The notes under the pieces: model-generated
What the model was told of the DNA's origin: nothing
Databases searched by the model: none
Seen by the model: the letters and a program-made list of their open reading frames with translations, nothing else
Part shown: positions 39,874 through 49,039 of the stretch, one piece after another
Position numbering within the stretch: the first letter of the stretch is position 1
How the letters are laid out: every line of letters starts with the position of its first letter
Made by a program: the position numbers and the translations under genes
Source of the DNA: Candidatus Spongiisociaceae bacterium
Lineage (GTDB): Bacteria > Actinomycetota > Acidimicrobiia > Spongiisociales > Spongiisociaceae
Assembly (NCBI GenBank): GCA_965262915.1
Contig: OZ253564.1
Location: 448,001-512,000 of the forward strand
Direction: 5' to 3'
DNA length: 64,000 nt

Positions 39874-41454
39874 TTGCAATACGGTTTCGTGATCGACCAG
39901 ACCGCCTGCATCGGCTGTCACGCCTGCACTGTTGCTTGCAAGACCGAGCACGACGTTCCTCTGGGCGTTGACCGCACCTGGGTCAAGTACATCGAGCAGG
40001 GAACGTGGCCCGACACCACGCGGTCATTCTCGGTCATGCGGTGCAACCACTGCACCGACGCCCCGTGCGTCTCGATCTGTCCCACCGGCGCGCTCTTCCG
40101 ACGACCCGACGGCATAGTCGACTTCGACACGAGCCTGTGCATCGGCTGCAAGAGCTGCATGCAGGCCTGCCCGTACGACGCTCTCTACATCGATCCCCAC
40201 GACCACACCGCCCAGAAGTGCAACTACTGCGTACATAGGGTCGAGGTGGGGCTCGAGCCGGCCTGCGTGGTGGTGTGTCCCGAAGGCGCCATCATCTCGG
40301 GTGATCTCGACGACCCGACCACGCCCATTTCCCAAATGGTGACCAGAGAACGGTTGAGCCAGCGGTCTCCCGAGCAAGGAACCAGGCCGAACCTGTGGTA
40401 CAAGGGGGTGGACGAGGCCGCTATCGACCCGTTGGGCGCCGTCAACCCGGGCGACGGGGGTATCTGGCGTGACCCGGCGCCGTCGTTCATGACCATCGAC
40501 CTCACGCCATCCGCAGTCAAGGGAGGCAACGGGAACAAGAAGAAACCACCGTCCCCACGCCGCCCGCGGAACGACGCCCCTCCGCGGGTCGTCTACAACA
40601 CCGACCACCCGATGCCGTGGGGATGGCGGGTGTCGAGCTACTTTCTCACCAAAGGGATCTCTGCCGGGATCGTCATGGTGCTGGCGCTGTCACTCCTCTC
40701 GGGTGCCGACGCCCACACAGCGTTTGCTCGCTGGGGGGCTCCCCTCATAGCCGGGGCCTTCCTCGCCCTCACCGGAGTACTGTTGGTAGCCGACCTCAAG
40801 CGGCCCGACCGGTTCTACTACCTATTGACGAAGGGCCACACCGGCTCGTGGCTGGTCAAGGGCGCCTGGATCCTCGCTGTCCAAGCGGCAATACTCGGTC
40901 TCTGGTTCGTGTTCGGCGTCGCCGGCGCCGGCTTCGTGCCGGTGTTCATCTGGGCGGCCGCGGTGGTCGGTCTGGGCGTTGCCGGCTACACCGCCTTCCT
41001 GTTCGGCCAGGCCGAGGGACGAGACCTCTGGCAGAGTCCGACGCTGCTCTGGCATATGCTGGCGGGGGCGTTAGCGGTGGGCGGCGGTGCGGGGCTGCTG
41101 GCCGTCCCGGTGTTCGAGTTGGGAATGTCATCCCAGCGGACCTTTGCGTGGGCTCTCGTAGGCGGCACGGCGTTGCTGGCTGTTATCGGAGCGGTCGATC
41201 TCGTCTCGCGGCATCCGACGCGCAACCACGCCGCGGCTATGCACCACCTGACCAAGGGCGCCAATGCGAGAGAGTGGTGGCTGGGGGGCCAGGTGGTCGG
41301 GGTGGTGGCGCCTCTGGTGCTCGGAGTGGTCTTCCTGGCCGGTACGGGCGTCCCCCTCTGGGTGGCTGAATTGGGAGGCCTGGCGGCCCTGGTCGGCATT
41401 TGGTTCGCCGACGACGCGTTCGTCAGGGCGGGCCAGAGCGTGCCCCTATCGTGA
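39874..41454 (+). CDS. Fused four-cluster Fe-S protein and NrfD/PsrC membrane anchor
   Basis: CIGCHACTVAC, CNHCTDAPCVSICP, CIGCKSCMQACPY, KCNYC...PACVVVCP; then WGWRVSSY, ADLKRPDRF and TM helices. Confidence 0.9.
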   Translation: MQYGFVIDQTACIGCHACTVACKTEHDVPLGVDRTWVKYIEQGTWPDTTRSFSVMRCNHCTDAPCVSICPTGALFRRPDGIVDFDTSLCIGCKSCMQACPYDALYIDPHDHTAQKCNYCVHRVEVGLEPACVVVCPEGAIISGDLDDPTTPISQMVTRERLSQRSPEQGTRPNLWYKGVDEAAIDPLGAVNPGDGGIWRDPAPSFMTIDLTPSAVKGGNGNKKKPPSPRRPRNDAPPRVVYNTDHPMPWGWRVSSYFLTKGISAGIVMVLALSLLSGADAHTAFARWGAPLIAGAFLALTGVLLVADLKRPDRFYYLLTKGHTGSWLVKGAWILAVQAAILGLWFVFGVAGAGFVPVFIWAAAVVGLGVAGYTAFLFGQAEGRDLWQSPTLLWHMLAGALAVGGGAGLLAVPVFELGMSSQRTFAWALVGGTALLAVIGAVDLVSRHPTRNHAAAMHHLTKGANAREWWLGGQVVGVVAPLVLGVVFLAGTGVPLWVAELGGLAALVGIWFADDAFVRAGQSVPLS

Positions 41455-41476
41455 GCGGGATACGAGGAGCGGGAAC

Positions 41477-44221
41477 ATGACCAGGCCTCCGGACCGGCCC
41501 GCATCGGACCGCCTGCCGCGGCTGGTCCCCGGGACAGGTCTCGTCTCGTTCCCACCCACCGAGTTGTGGGAAGACTGGGAGGAGTACGACGCCAAGGCAT
41601 GGCCCGAGAGGGTCAAGCGCCGCTACCGCCTGGTGCCCACCACCTGCTTCAACTGCGAGGCCGGATGCGGCCTGCTGGCCTACGTCGACAAGGACAGCGG
41701 CCGGGTACGCCGGTTCGAGGGCAACCCGGAGCATCCCGGATCGAGGGGTCGCAACTGTGCCAAGGGCCCGGCGACCCTCAACCAGATGTACGACCCGGAG
41801 CGGATCCTCCACCCGCTACGCAGGGCGGGACCGCGCGGCGAAGGCAAGTGGGAGCGGGTCTCCTGGGAGGACGCTCTCCAGGACATTGCAGCGCGGATCA
41901 GAGGGGCGCTGATCGAGGATCGCCACGACGAGATCATCTACCACGTGGGAAGGCCCGGGGAAGACGGCTTCATCGACCGCATCCTGCGGTCGTGGGGGGT
42001 GGACGGACACAACAGCCATACCAACATCTGCTCGTCCGGGGCCCGCACCGGGTACGCCATGTGGATGGGCTTCGACCGGCCCTCCGCGGACTTCGCCAAC
42101 GCCCGGTTCATCCTGCTGCTGTCCGCCCAACTCGAATCCGGTCACTACTTCAACCCCCACGCCCAGCGCATCATCGAGGCCAAGCAATCCGGGGCGAAGT
42201 TGGCCACCATCGACCCGCGCCTCTCCAATACCGCATCCATGTCCGACTACTGGCTCTCTCCCTGGCCCGGCACCGAAGCAGCCATGCTGCTGGCCATTGC
42301 GAGCCGGCTTCTGGAATGGGACGCCGTCGACCACGAGTTCATGCGTCGGTGGGTCAACTGGGAGGCCTCGCTCGCTGCTCGGGCGCCGGAGCGGCCCCGC
42401 ACCTACGAGAGCTTCGTCGAGCTGCTGCGCGAGACGTATGCCCGCTACACGATCGACTACGCGGTCGAGGAGACCGGGGTCGACCGCGACCGGATCGAAG
42501 CCGTGGCCCACGGCATCGCGGAGGCTGGACACCGCTTCGCGTCGCACACTTGGCGGGCCGCCGGATCGGGAAACCTGGGAGGCTGGCAGGTCGCCCGGTG
42601 CCTGTTCTTCCTGCATGTGCTGACCGGATCGGTGGGTACGGAGGGGGGCACATCCCCGAGCGCCTGGGACAAGTTCAAGCCCGACCACTGGAACATGCCC
42701 CCTCCTGCCAACCGGTGGAACGAGCTGATCTGGCCGGCCGAGTTCCCCCTCAGCCACTTCGAGATGAGCTACCTGCTCCCCCACTTTCTCAAGGAAGGAC
42801 GGGGTCGCCTCGAGGTCTACTTCACCCGTGTCTACAACCCGGTCTGGACCAACCCCGACGGTTTCACCTGGCTCGAGGTCCTCACCGACGAGGACCGGGT
42901 CGGCCTCCATGTGGCACTCACGCCCACATGGTCGGAGACGGCTTGGTTCGCCGATTACGTCCTGCCCATGGGTGTCGGCTCCGAGCGTCACGACACCCTC
43001 TCCTACGAGACCCACGCGGCGCGCTGGCTCGGCTTCCGCCAGCCGGTACTGCGGGTGTCCGGCGAGCGGGACGGTCACCGGTACGAGCGCACCTACGAGG
43101 CCAACCCGGGCGAGGTATGGGAGGAGAACGAATTCTGGATCGACCTGTCGTGGCGGATCGATCCGGACGGATCCCTAGGGATACGCCATTGGTATGAGTC
43201 GCCCAACGATCCCTCCCGCCCGGTGAGTGTCGACGAGTACTACGGGTGGATGTTCGACAACTCGGTTCCCGGTCTCCCGGAGCGGGCCGAGCAGGAAGGC
43301 CTCACTCCGCTCGACTACATGCGCAAGTACGGGGCCTTCGAGATCGATCGGGATCGCTACCGGATCAACGAAGCCACCGTTCCGTCCGATCAGCCCGGTG
43401 TGGACATCGACGGACAGCGCATGAGCGGTTTCGTCTCCCCGTCCCGTCTCCTCGAGTGGCACTCCGATACGCTCGAGGCTTGGAACTGGGCGGATGCGGC
43501 CATACCCACCTACCTGAAGTCCCACGTGTACTGGAGGGACCTGGATCTGCAGGGCGACGAACGCATACTGCTTCCGATCTTCCGGCTGCCGACGCTGATC
43601 CATACCCGCTCGGGCAACGCCAAGTATCTGTACGAGATAAGCCACGGCCATCCGCTGTGGATGAACCCGCGTGACGCCGACCAGCTCGGGTTCGCCACCG
43701 GCGACTTGGTGCGCATCACGACCGACATCGGCTATTTGGTAATGCGCGCCTGGCGGACCGAGGGCATCAGACCCGGAGTGGTGGCGGCCTCCCACCACAT
43801 GGGCCGGTGGCGGCTCGATCCCAAAGTCGGAAACGAGCGGTGGTCCTCGGCTCTGGTGAATGTCGAGCGGCACAACGGTGGCTGGCTACTCCGTCACAAG
43901 ACCGGTATCGAACCGTTCCGATCCGACGATCCCGACAGCGAGCGGATCTGGTGGCGGGACCCGGGCGTCCACCAGAACCTCGCCTTCCCGGTACATCCCG
44001 ACCCGGTGTCGGGTATGCACGCATGGCACCAGCGGGTTCGCCTGGGCGGGGCAAGCCCCGACGACCGCTACGGGGATGTTTTCGTGGATACCGCCAGATC
44101 ACACGAGATTTACCGGGAGTGGATGGGCCGGACACGTCCCGGGCCGGGACCCGGAGGTCTGCGGCGGCCGCGCTGGCTAGCCAGGCCACTCCCGCCGGTC
44201 CCGGATGCCTACGAGGTCTGA
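41477..44221 (+). CDS. Molybdopterin (bis-MGD) oxidoreductase catalytic subunit, no Tat signal
   Basis: TTCFNCEAGCG...RNCAKG FS0 cluster, NSHTNICSS (Cys ligand), ADYVLP, IHTRS, LWMNPRDA, EGIRPGVV; GAGGAG RBS. Confidence 0.9.
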   Translation: MTRPPDRPASDRLPRLVPGTGLVSFPPTELWEDWEEYDAKAWPERVKRRYRLVPTTCFNCEAGCGLLAYVDKDSGRVRRFEGNPEHPGSRGRNCAKGPATLNQMYDPERILHPLRRAGPRGEGKWERVSWEDALQDIAARIRGALIEDRHDEIIYHVGRPGEDGFIDRILRSWGVDGHNSHTNICSSGARTGYAMWMGFDRPSADFANARFILLLSAQLESGHYFNPHAQRIIEAKQSGAKLATIDPRLSNTASMSDYWLSPWPGTEAAMLLAIASRLLEWDAVDHEFMRRWVNWEASLAARAPERPRTYESFVELLRETYARYTIDYAVEETGVDRDRIEAVAHGIAEAGHRFASHTWRAAGSGNLGGWQVARCLFFLHVLTGSVGTEGGTSPSAWDKFKPDHWNMPPPANRWNELIWPAEFPLSHFEMSYLLPHFLKEGRGRLEVYFTRVYNPVWTNPDGFTWLEVLTDEDRVGLHVALTPTWSETAWFADYVLPMGVGSERHDTLSYETHAARWLGFRQPVLRVSGERDGHRYERTYEANPGEVWEENEFWIDLSWRIDPDGSLGIRHWYESPNDPSRPVSVDEYYGWMFDNSVPGLPERAEQEGLTPLDYMRKYGAFEIDRDRYRINEATVPSDQPGVDIDGQRMSGFVSPSRLLEWHSDTLEAWNWADAAIPTYLKSHVYWRDLDLQGDERILLPIFRLPTLIHTRSGNAKYLYEISHGHPLWMNPRDADQLGFATGDLVRITTDIGYLVMRAWRTEGIRPGVVAASHHMGRWRLDPKVGNERWSSALVNVERHNGGWLLRHKTGIEPFRSDDPDSERIWWRDPGVHQNLAFPVHPDPVSGMHAWHQRVRLGGASPDDRYGDVFVDTARSHEIYREWMGRTRPGPGPGGLRRPRWLARPLPPVPDAYEV

Positions 44222-44927
44222 CGGGAGCAGCCCGGCCACCATTGCGGCCGACAACGAAGCTGCCGCCTGGGAGAGGGTCGTAACCCTGGTCGAAAGCGGG
44301 TTCCCGGCCGGAGGACCCACCGAGGCGTCCGTGGTCCGGTTCCACGATCCGAGCGCCGACCTCGAAGCAAGAGCTGCCCGATGGGGATTCACTCCGGTCA
44401 CGGGCTGTCTGGACGAGGTGGCCAGGTTCGCCGGAGGGTTAGCCCTCGCCGAGGCACGGGCCCGGCGCGACGGCCAGGCCGACATCGCGCTCGCCGCCTA
44501 CGTAGAACGCCGGCGCTTGGTGGGTGATCGTCTGGTTCATTGGGCCGTTCCGTGGCTCCTGGCGGCATCCGCCCAACCCGGCGACGACGCCGGAACCGCC
44601 GCCAGGTTGTTGCTCGAAGTGGCCGATCGGCTTCACCCCGTACCCGCAACAGGGGCGGTGGAAGGCCTGTACCCGCCTGGTGAGGACTCCTACGGTCCCG
44701 TGGACCCGCCGGTTCCCATCGACCAGCTCCTCACTTCGGTGTGGTCGGGTCAGGCAGCGGGCGATACGAGAGGGTGTGTGGACCGGGGTCCCGACGACTT
44801 CGCGGCTGCCGCGCTCATCTGGCGGCGTCTGGCAGCCGACCATCCGGGCACCGCCCAACTGTGGCTCGATCTGGCAGCCCGCGCCGAGCGAAGCGCGCAA
44901 CTTCTGCGATGCGAACCCAAGCCGTGA
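44205..44927 (+). CDS. TorD/DmsD-like maturation chaperone, divergent
   Basis: Last gene of the molybdoenzyme operon; RRRLVGDRLVHWAVPWL resembles the TorD-family FLxxHLxxW motif. Confidence 0.55.
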   Translation: MPTRSDGSSPATIAADNEAAAWERVVTLVESGFPAGGPTEASVVRFHDPSADLEARAARWGFTPVTGCLDEVARFAGGLALAEARARRDGQADIALAAYVERRRLVGDRLVHWAVPWLLAASAQPGDDAGTAARLLLEVADRLHPVPATGAVEGLYPPGEDSYGPVDPPVPIDQLLTSVWSGQAAGDTRGCVDRGPDDFAAAALIWRRLAADHPGTAQLWLDLAARAERSAQLLRCEPKP

Positions 44928-44997
44928 GGCCGCCTCTCGGCGCACCGGCGGAATCCCAATGGCGACCCGCCGTTAGCGGCTCTCCCCTTGCCGGCGG

Positions 44998-45993
44998 TCA
45001 GTCGTTCGGGGGATAGGGGCCCACCGCCGCCTCACCACCAGGCGCCGCCGCTGGAAACGTCGGGAGGGCTTCCGCCAACGCGACCCAGTCCTTGTCGGCT
45101 ACCGGCTGGGTTGCGGAGGCGATGTCTTCCGCCACATCCGAGGGCCGCCGCGGTCCGATGAGGGTCGTGGCGATGCGCTCTTCGCGCAGGCAGAACTGCA
45201 ACGCCAGCGCCCGTAGGTCCACGCGTCGGTCTCCTGCCCATTCCCAGATCCGGCGAGCTCGTGCGATGTCCCGAGCCCTCAGCTTCCACATGCCGGTTGC
45301 GGCCCGGATGGCCACTATCTCCTCGGGATCGATACCTGAAAGGAGTCCAGCCAGGAACGGTGAGGCGTTGATGAATCCGAGGCCCCGCTCCGCTGCCAAC
45401 TCGATCAGGTGCTCGGATGATGTACGCATCAGGTTGTAGTCGTAAGGACTCTGGATCACGTCGAACCGCCCCGATTCGATCGCGATCCGCTGGTATTGGT
45501 GGTTCTGCACTCCGAGGCCGATAGCCCCCACCTTGCCCTCCGACTTGAGTTTCTCGAGGGCCGCTACGGCGCCGCCCGCCTCCAAGACGGCATCCATGTC
45601 GTGAGGGTCATGGACCAGGGCGATGTCGATGTGTTCGGTTCCGATGACTTCCAGGCTCTGCTCGATGATCCATGCGGCGGTCCCGCCGGTCATGTCTCCC
45701 GGTCGAGCCGGATGGCTCCCCACCTTGGTGGCCAGCACCACCCGGTCGCGCCACCCGTCGCGAAGGGCGATGCCGACCCGCCGGTCGCTGTCGCCGCCAC
45801 GATACCCCGGCGCCGTATCGATGTAGTTCAGGCCGGACCGGAGGGCGGTTCGGAGGGTGGCCACGGCGAGCTCGTCGACGGCTTCCGGATCCGTGACCTC
45901 CGGGTGGGCCCCCAAAGAGCCCGTGCCGATCCCGATCGGCGAGACACGGATACCGGTCCGCCCGAGAGCCCGCTTCCGTAGCAGTTCCGTCAT
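44998..45993 (-). CDS. Aldo/keto reductase
   Basis: LGRTGIRVSPIGIG, IDTAPGY, LATKVG, VHDP, ALQFCL. Confidence 0.9.
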   Translation of the reverse strand: MTELLRKRALGRTGIRVSPIGIGTGSLGAHPEVTDPEAVDELAVATLRTALRSGLNYIDTAPGYRGGDSDRRVGIALRDGWRDRVVLATKVGSHPARPGDMTGGTAAWIIEQSLEVIGTEHIDIALVHDPHDMDAVLEAGGAVAALEKLKSEGKVGAIGLGVQNHQYQRIAIESGRFDVIQSPYDYNLMRTSSEHLIELAAERGLGFINASPFLAGLLSGIDPEEIVAIRAATGMWKLRARDIARARRIWEWAGDRRVDLRALALQFCLREERIATTLIGPRRPSDVAEDIASATQPVADKDWVALAEALPTFPAAAPGGEAAVGPYPPND

Positions 45994-46025
45994 GCAAGTA
46001 CCTCCCCGGGCGCCGGAAGAACAGA

Positions 46026-47057
46026 CTAGGAAGATGGGTCCAACGTAGGGAAGTCGCCAGTGGTCTGAGCCAGCCACTGGCGGATGCCGGCCTCCGCCGT
46101 TGACTTGAGCGACTCGGACGCTGTGCTGTGGGTGATCGAGGCTTCGGCGATGGCGGCAATCCGCTGGTCGGAAAACTCGAAGGCGTCGCGAGCCAGTTCG
46201 TACTCGCTGAGAAGCGAGCACCCGAATAGGAGCGGGTCATCGGCGTTGAGGCTGACCCGTACCCCATTGTCGACCAGGATGGGCAGAGGGTGTACCTCCA
46301 GGCTCTCTGTGGCGCCGACCGCAACGTTGCTGGTCGGGCATACGTCGAGGCAGACGTTGCGGTCGACGAGCCGTTGTAGCAATGCATCGTCTCCGGCCGC
46401 GGCGATGCCGTGCTGGATTCGCGCCACCTCGAACCCGAGGGCGGCGGCCACCTGGTTGGGACGGCTGGACTCGCCCGCATGGGGGGTGAGCGCCAAGCCG
46501 GCTCCGGAGGCGATTGCAAACGCCTCGGCGAAGTCTTCGACGGGGTAGGCCAGCTCGTCGTTGACCAGGCCGAACGCGCCGATGACATCAGGGTCCCCAC
46601 GGGCGGCCAGGCGCGCCTGGCGGACTGCGTCGGTGGGACCCAGATCACGATCCGCGGGCACGATCAGTCTTCCCCCGATGCCGATTCTCGACCTCGCGCT
46701 CCGGAGGGCGTCGGTCACGATCTCGAGGACCAACTCGCCAGGCCCGATCACCTCCGTGAAGCTGTCGAGGTACAACGTCGGCTCCACCCACACGGCGCCG
46801 TCGAGCGCGGCGTCCTCGACCACCTCGAAGACCAGCCGGCTGAGGTGATCGGCATTGCGAATCGCCCGGTTGGCCAGCGCATAGGCCGTTTGGAAGTGGT
46901 TGAAGTCGACGAAACGGTCCGGTAGAGCCATCGGTGTCCCGTTCTCGTCGTTCAGCGCGGCGAGGGTCTCCGGCCGCATCGAACCCACCATGTGGAGATG
47001 CAGGTGGGCCTTCGGCAATTCTCGGAGGCTCCTGCGCGCCGGTCCGGGTTGGGCCAT
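46026..47057 (-). CDS. add: Adenosine deaminase-family protein
   Basis: LPKAHLHLH, HAGE, RIQHG, LDVCPTSN, LNADDP. Confidence 0.85.
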   Translation of the reverse strand: MAQPGPARRSLRELPKAHLHLHMVGSMRPETLAALNDENGTPMALPDRFVDFNHFQTAYALANRAIRNADHLSRLVFEVVEDAALDGAVWVEPTLYLDSFTEVIGPGELVLEIVTDALRSARSRIGIGGRLIVPADRDLGPTDAVRQARLAARGDPDVIGAFGLVNDELAYPVEDFAEAFAIASGAGLALTPHAGESSRPNQVAAALGFEVARIQHGIAAAGDDALLQRLVDRNVCLDVCPTSNVAVGATESLEVHPLPILVDNGVRVSLNADDPLLFGCSLLSEYELARDAFEFSDQRIAAIAEASITHSTASESLKSTAEAGIRQWLAQTTGDFPTLDPSS

Positions 47058-47092
47058 AATTGGGGAACAGCCTAAATGGACGGGTGTTGTAT

Positions 47093-48151
47093 ATGGTCTC
47101 AGGAAGGTCGCTCCGGGCTTCCGCCGGTCGATGGCGACTGACGAGGCAGTCGGGTTCGGATTCGAGCCTGGGAGGCACCTTCAAGCGATGGCGTAGGCGG
47201 CGTTCCTCCCGCACTGCTTCGCTGGGCACCGCCATCCTCTTCTTGTTGCCCGCCTTGCTGGTAATCGGGGTATTCCACCTCTACGGGACCGGTCGCAACA
47301 TCTACCTCTCGCTCACCGACTGGACCCTGGCGGGCGCCGAGTTCGTGGGCCTGGTGAACTACATCGACCTGGTACAGAATGGGGACTTCTGGAACTCGGT
47401 GAAGGTGAGCTTCTTCTTCGGCTTCGTGGTGCCGGCTACGGTCATCGTCGCCATACCGGTCGCCTACCTTCTCCACTACGTGATCCGCAAGAGCTACCTC
47501 TACCGGCTCCTGCTGTTCGTCCCCTTCATCGTTCCCACCGTCGCCACGAGCCTTGTCTGGGGACTCGTATTCGCCCCGAGTCCGACCGGAGTCCTGAACG
47601 CGTCGCTCCTGCCCTTCGGCGTGAGGCGCCAGTCGTATATTCTCGACTCGACCGGTGTTGTCGAATGGGTTGCGGGTTGGTTCGGTGCGACCGTTCCCGG
47701 TTGGGCGGAAGGTCCGAGCATCGCCATGGCGATCCTCCTGCTGGTCAGGTTCTGGCAGATGCTCGGGTTCACCGTTCTGATCCTGTACGCCGGCATGACC
47801 CGTATCGACCCGGACCTCCTGGACGCGGCACGCGTGGACGGCGCCAGCGAGCCGAAGATCCTGCGACGGGTGGTGGTTCCGGTGCTCTCTCCGACGATCC
47901 TGTTCGTAGTGGTCGTCTCCTTGGTGTTCGCTCTGCGCGAGTTCAACACCATCTTCGTCCTGACCCAGGGGGGTCCGGCCCGCACGACCGAAACCCTGTC
48001 GATGCTCATGTACCGGCAGTTCTGGGGTGACAACCTGTTCGCGGTGGGAGCCGCCACGGCCACGGCCCTCTTCCTGATCATCCTCCTGGTCACCTGGCTC
48101 CAGTTCCGGTTGAGCCGGCGATGGGTCCACTACACCGCGGGGACAGTGTGA
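47093..48151 (+). CDS. Carbohydrate ABC transporter permease (start uncertain)
   Basis: FVGLVNY, DAARVDGA EAA loop, TQGGP. Confidence 0.88.
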   Translation: MVSGRSLRASAGRWRLTRQSGSDSSLGGTFKRWRRRRSSRTASLGTAILFLLPALLVIGVFHLYGTGRNIYLSLTDWTLAGAEFVGLVNYIDLVQNGDFWNSVKVSFFFGFVVPATVIVAIPVAYLLHYVIRKSYLYRLLLFVPFIVPTVATSLVWGLVFAPSPTGVLNASLLPFGVRRQSYILDSTGVVEWVAGWFGATVPGWAEGPSIAMAILLLVRFWQMLGFTVLILYAGMTRIDPDLLDAARVDGASEPKILRRVVVPVLSPTILFVVVVSLVFALREFNTIFVLTQGGPARTTETLSMLMYRQFWGDNLFAVGAATATALFLIILLVTWLQFRLSRRWVHYTAGTV

Positions 48152-48978
48152 TGGCTGCCGGCCACTCTTCCCAGACCAGAATGTTCGCCCACATGGTCCT
48201 GGTCGTGCTCTGTACCTTCGCCCTGGCGCCTCTCTACTGGATGGTGACCACCTCCCTCAAGCCCCTGGACGAGGCCTTGCTGGTACCCCCTACGATCATT
48301 CCCGAAACGGCGTCCATCACGACCTATATCGAGATCTTCCTCGAAACGATGATGGCGCGCTGGATACTGAACTCCCTGTTCGTAGCGGTTCTCTCGGCAA
48401 GCGGCAACGTGCTGTTCGGAGCGCTGGCGGGATACGCCCTGGTACGGATCCGATTCCGGGGACGCAAAGTGATCCTGATGCTGGTCCTGGCCAGCTTCAT
48501 GATCCCCTTCGAGGCCACCTTCATCGCCAACTACGTGCTCATCAACGATCTCGGCTGGTACAACACCTACACGGCCTTGATCGTGCCCTGGATGGCCGGA
48601 GCGTTCGCGGTGTTCATGTTCCGCCAGGAATTCCTCGGGATCTCCGATGACCTGTTCGACTCGGCCTACGTGGACGGCAGTTCGGAGATCCGAGCATTCT
48701 GGTCGATCGGCCTTCCCCTGGTACGGGCGGCAGCGGTGACCGTCTTTCTGATCACGTTCATCTGGTCCTGGAACGCGCTCCTGTGGCCTCTCTTCGTAAC
48801 CGCGGATGCGGAGTTGCGCGTTGTGCAACTCGGGCTGGTTTCCTTCCAGACGGAGGGTGCCGTATTCATCAACATGCTGATGGCAGCGGCCGTCATCGGC
48901 ATCCTTCCCGTGGGTATCCTGTTCTTGGTAGGTCAGAGATTCGTCATAGAGGGTGTTACCCAGGGAGGTATCAAGTAG
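48151..48978 (+). CDS. Carbohydrate ABC transporter permease
   Basis: DSAYVDGS EAA loop, SWNALLWP, QRFVIEGV. Confidence 0.9.
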   Translation: MAAGHSSQTRMFAHMVLVVLCTFALAPLYWMVTTSLKPLDEALLVPPTIIPETASITTYIEIFLETMMARWILNSLFVAVLSASGNVLFGALAGYALVRIRFRGRKVILMLVLASFMIPFEATFIANYVLINDLGWYNTYTALIVPWMAGAFAVFMFRQEFLGISDDLFDSAYVDGSSEIRAFWSIGLPLVRAAAVTVFLITFIWSWNALLWPLFVTADAELRVVQLGLVSFQTEGAVFINMLMAAAVIGILPVGILFLVGQRFVIEGVTQGGIK

Positions 48979-49039
48979 CCCGGGTAGGCGGCGTTTCGCG
49001 GACCGGCGATGTGAGCAGTGAATAGACGAGGGAGCAGGT

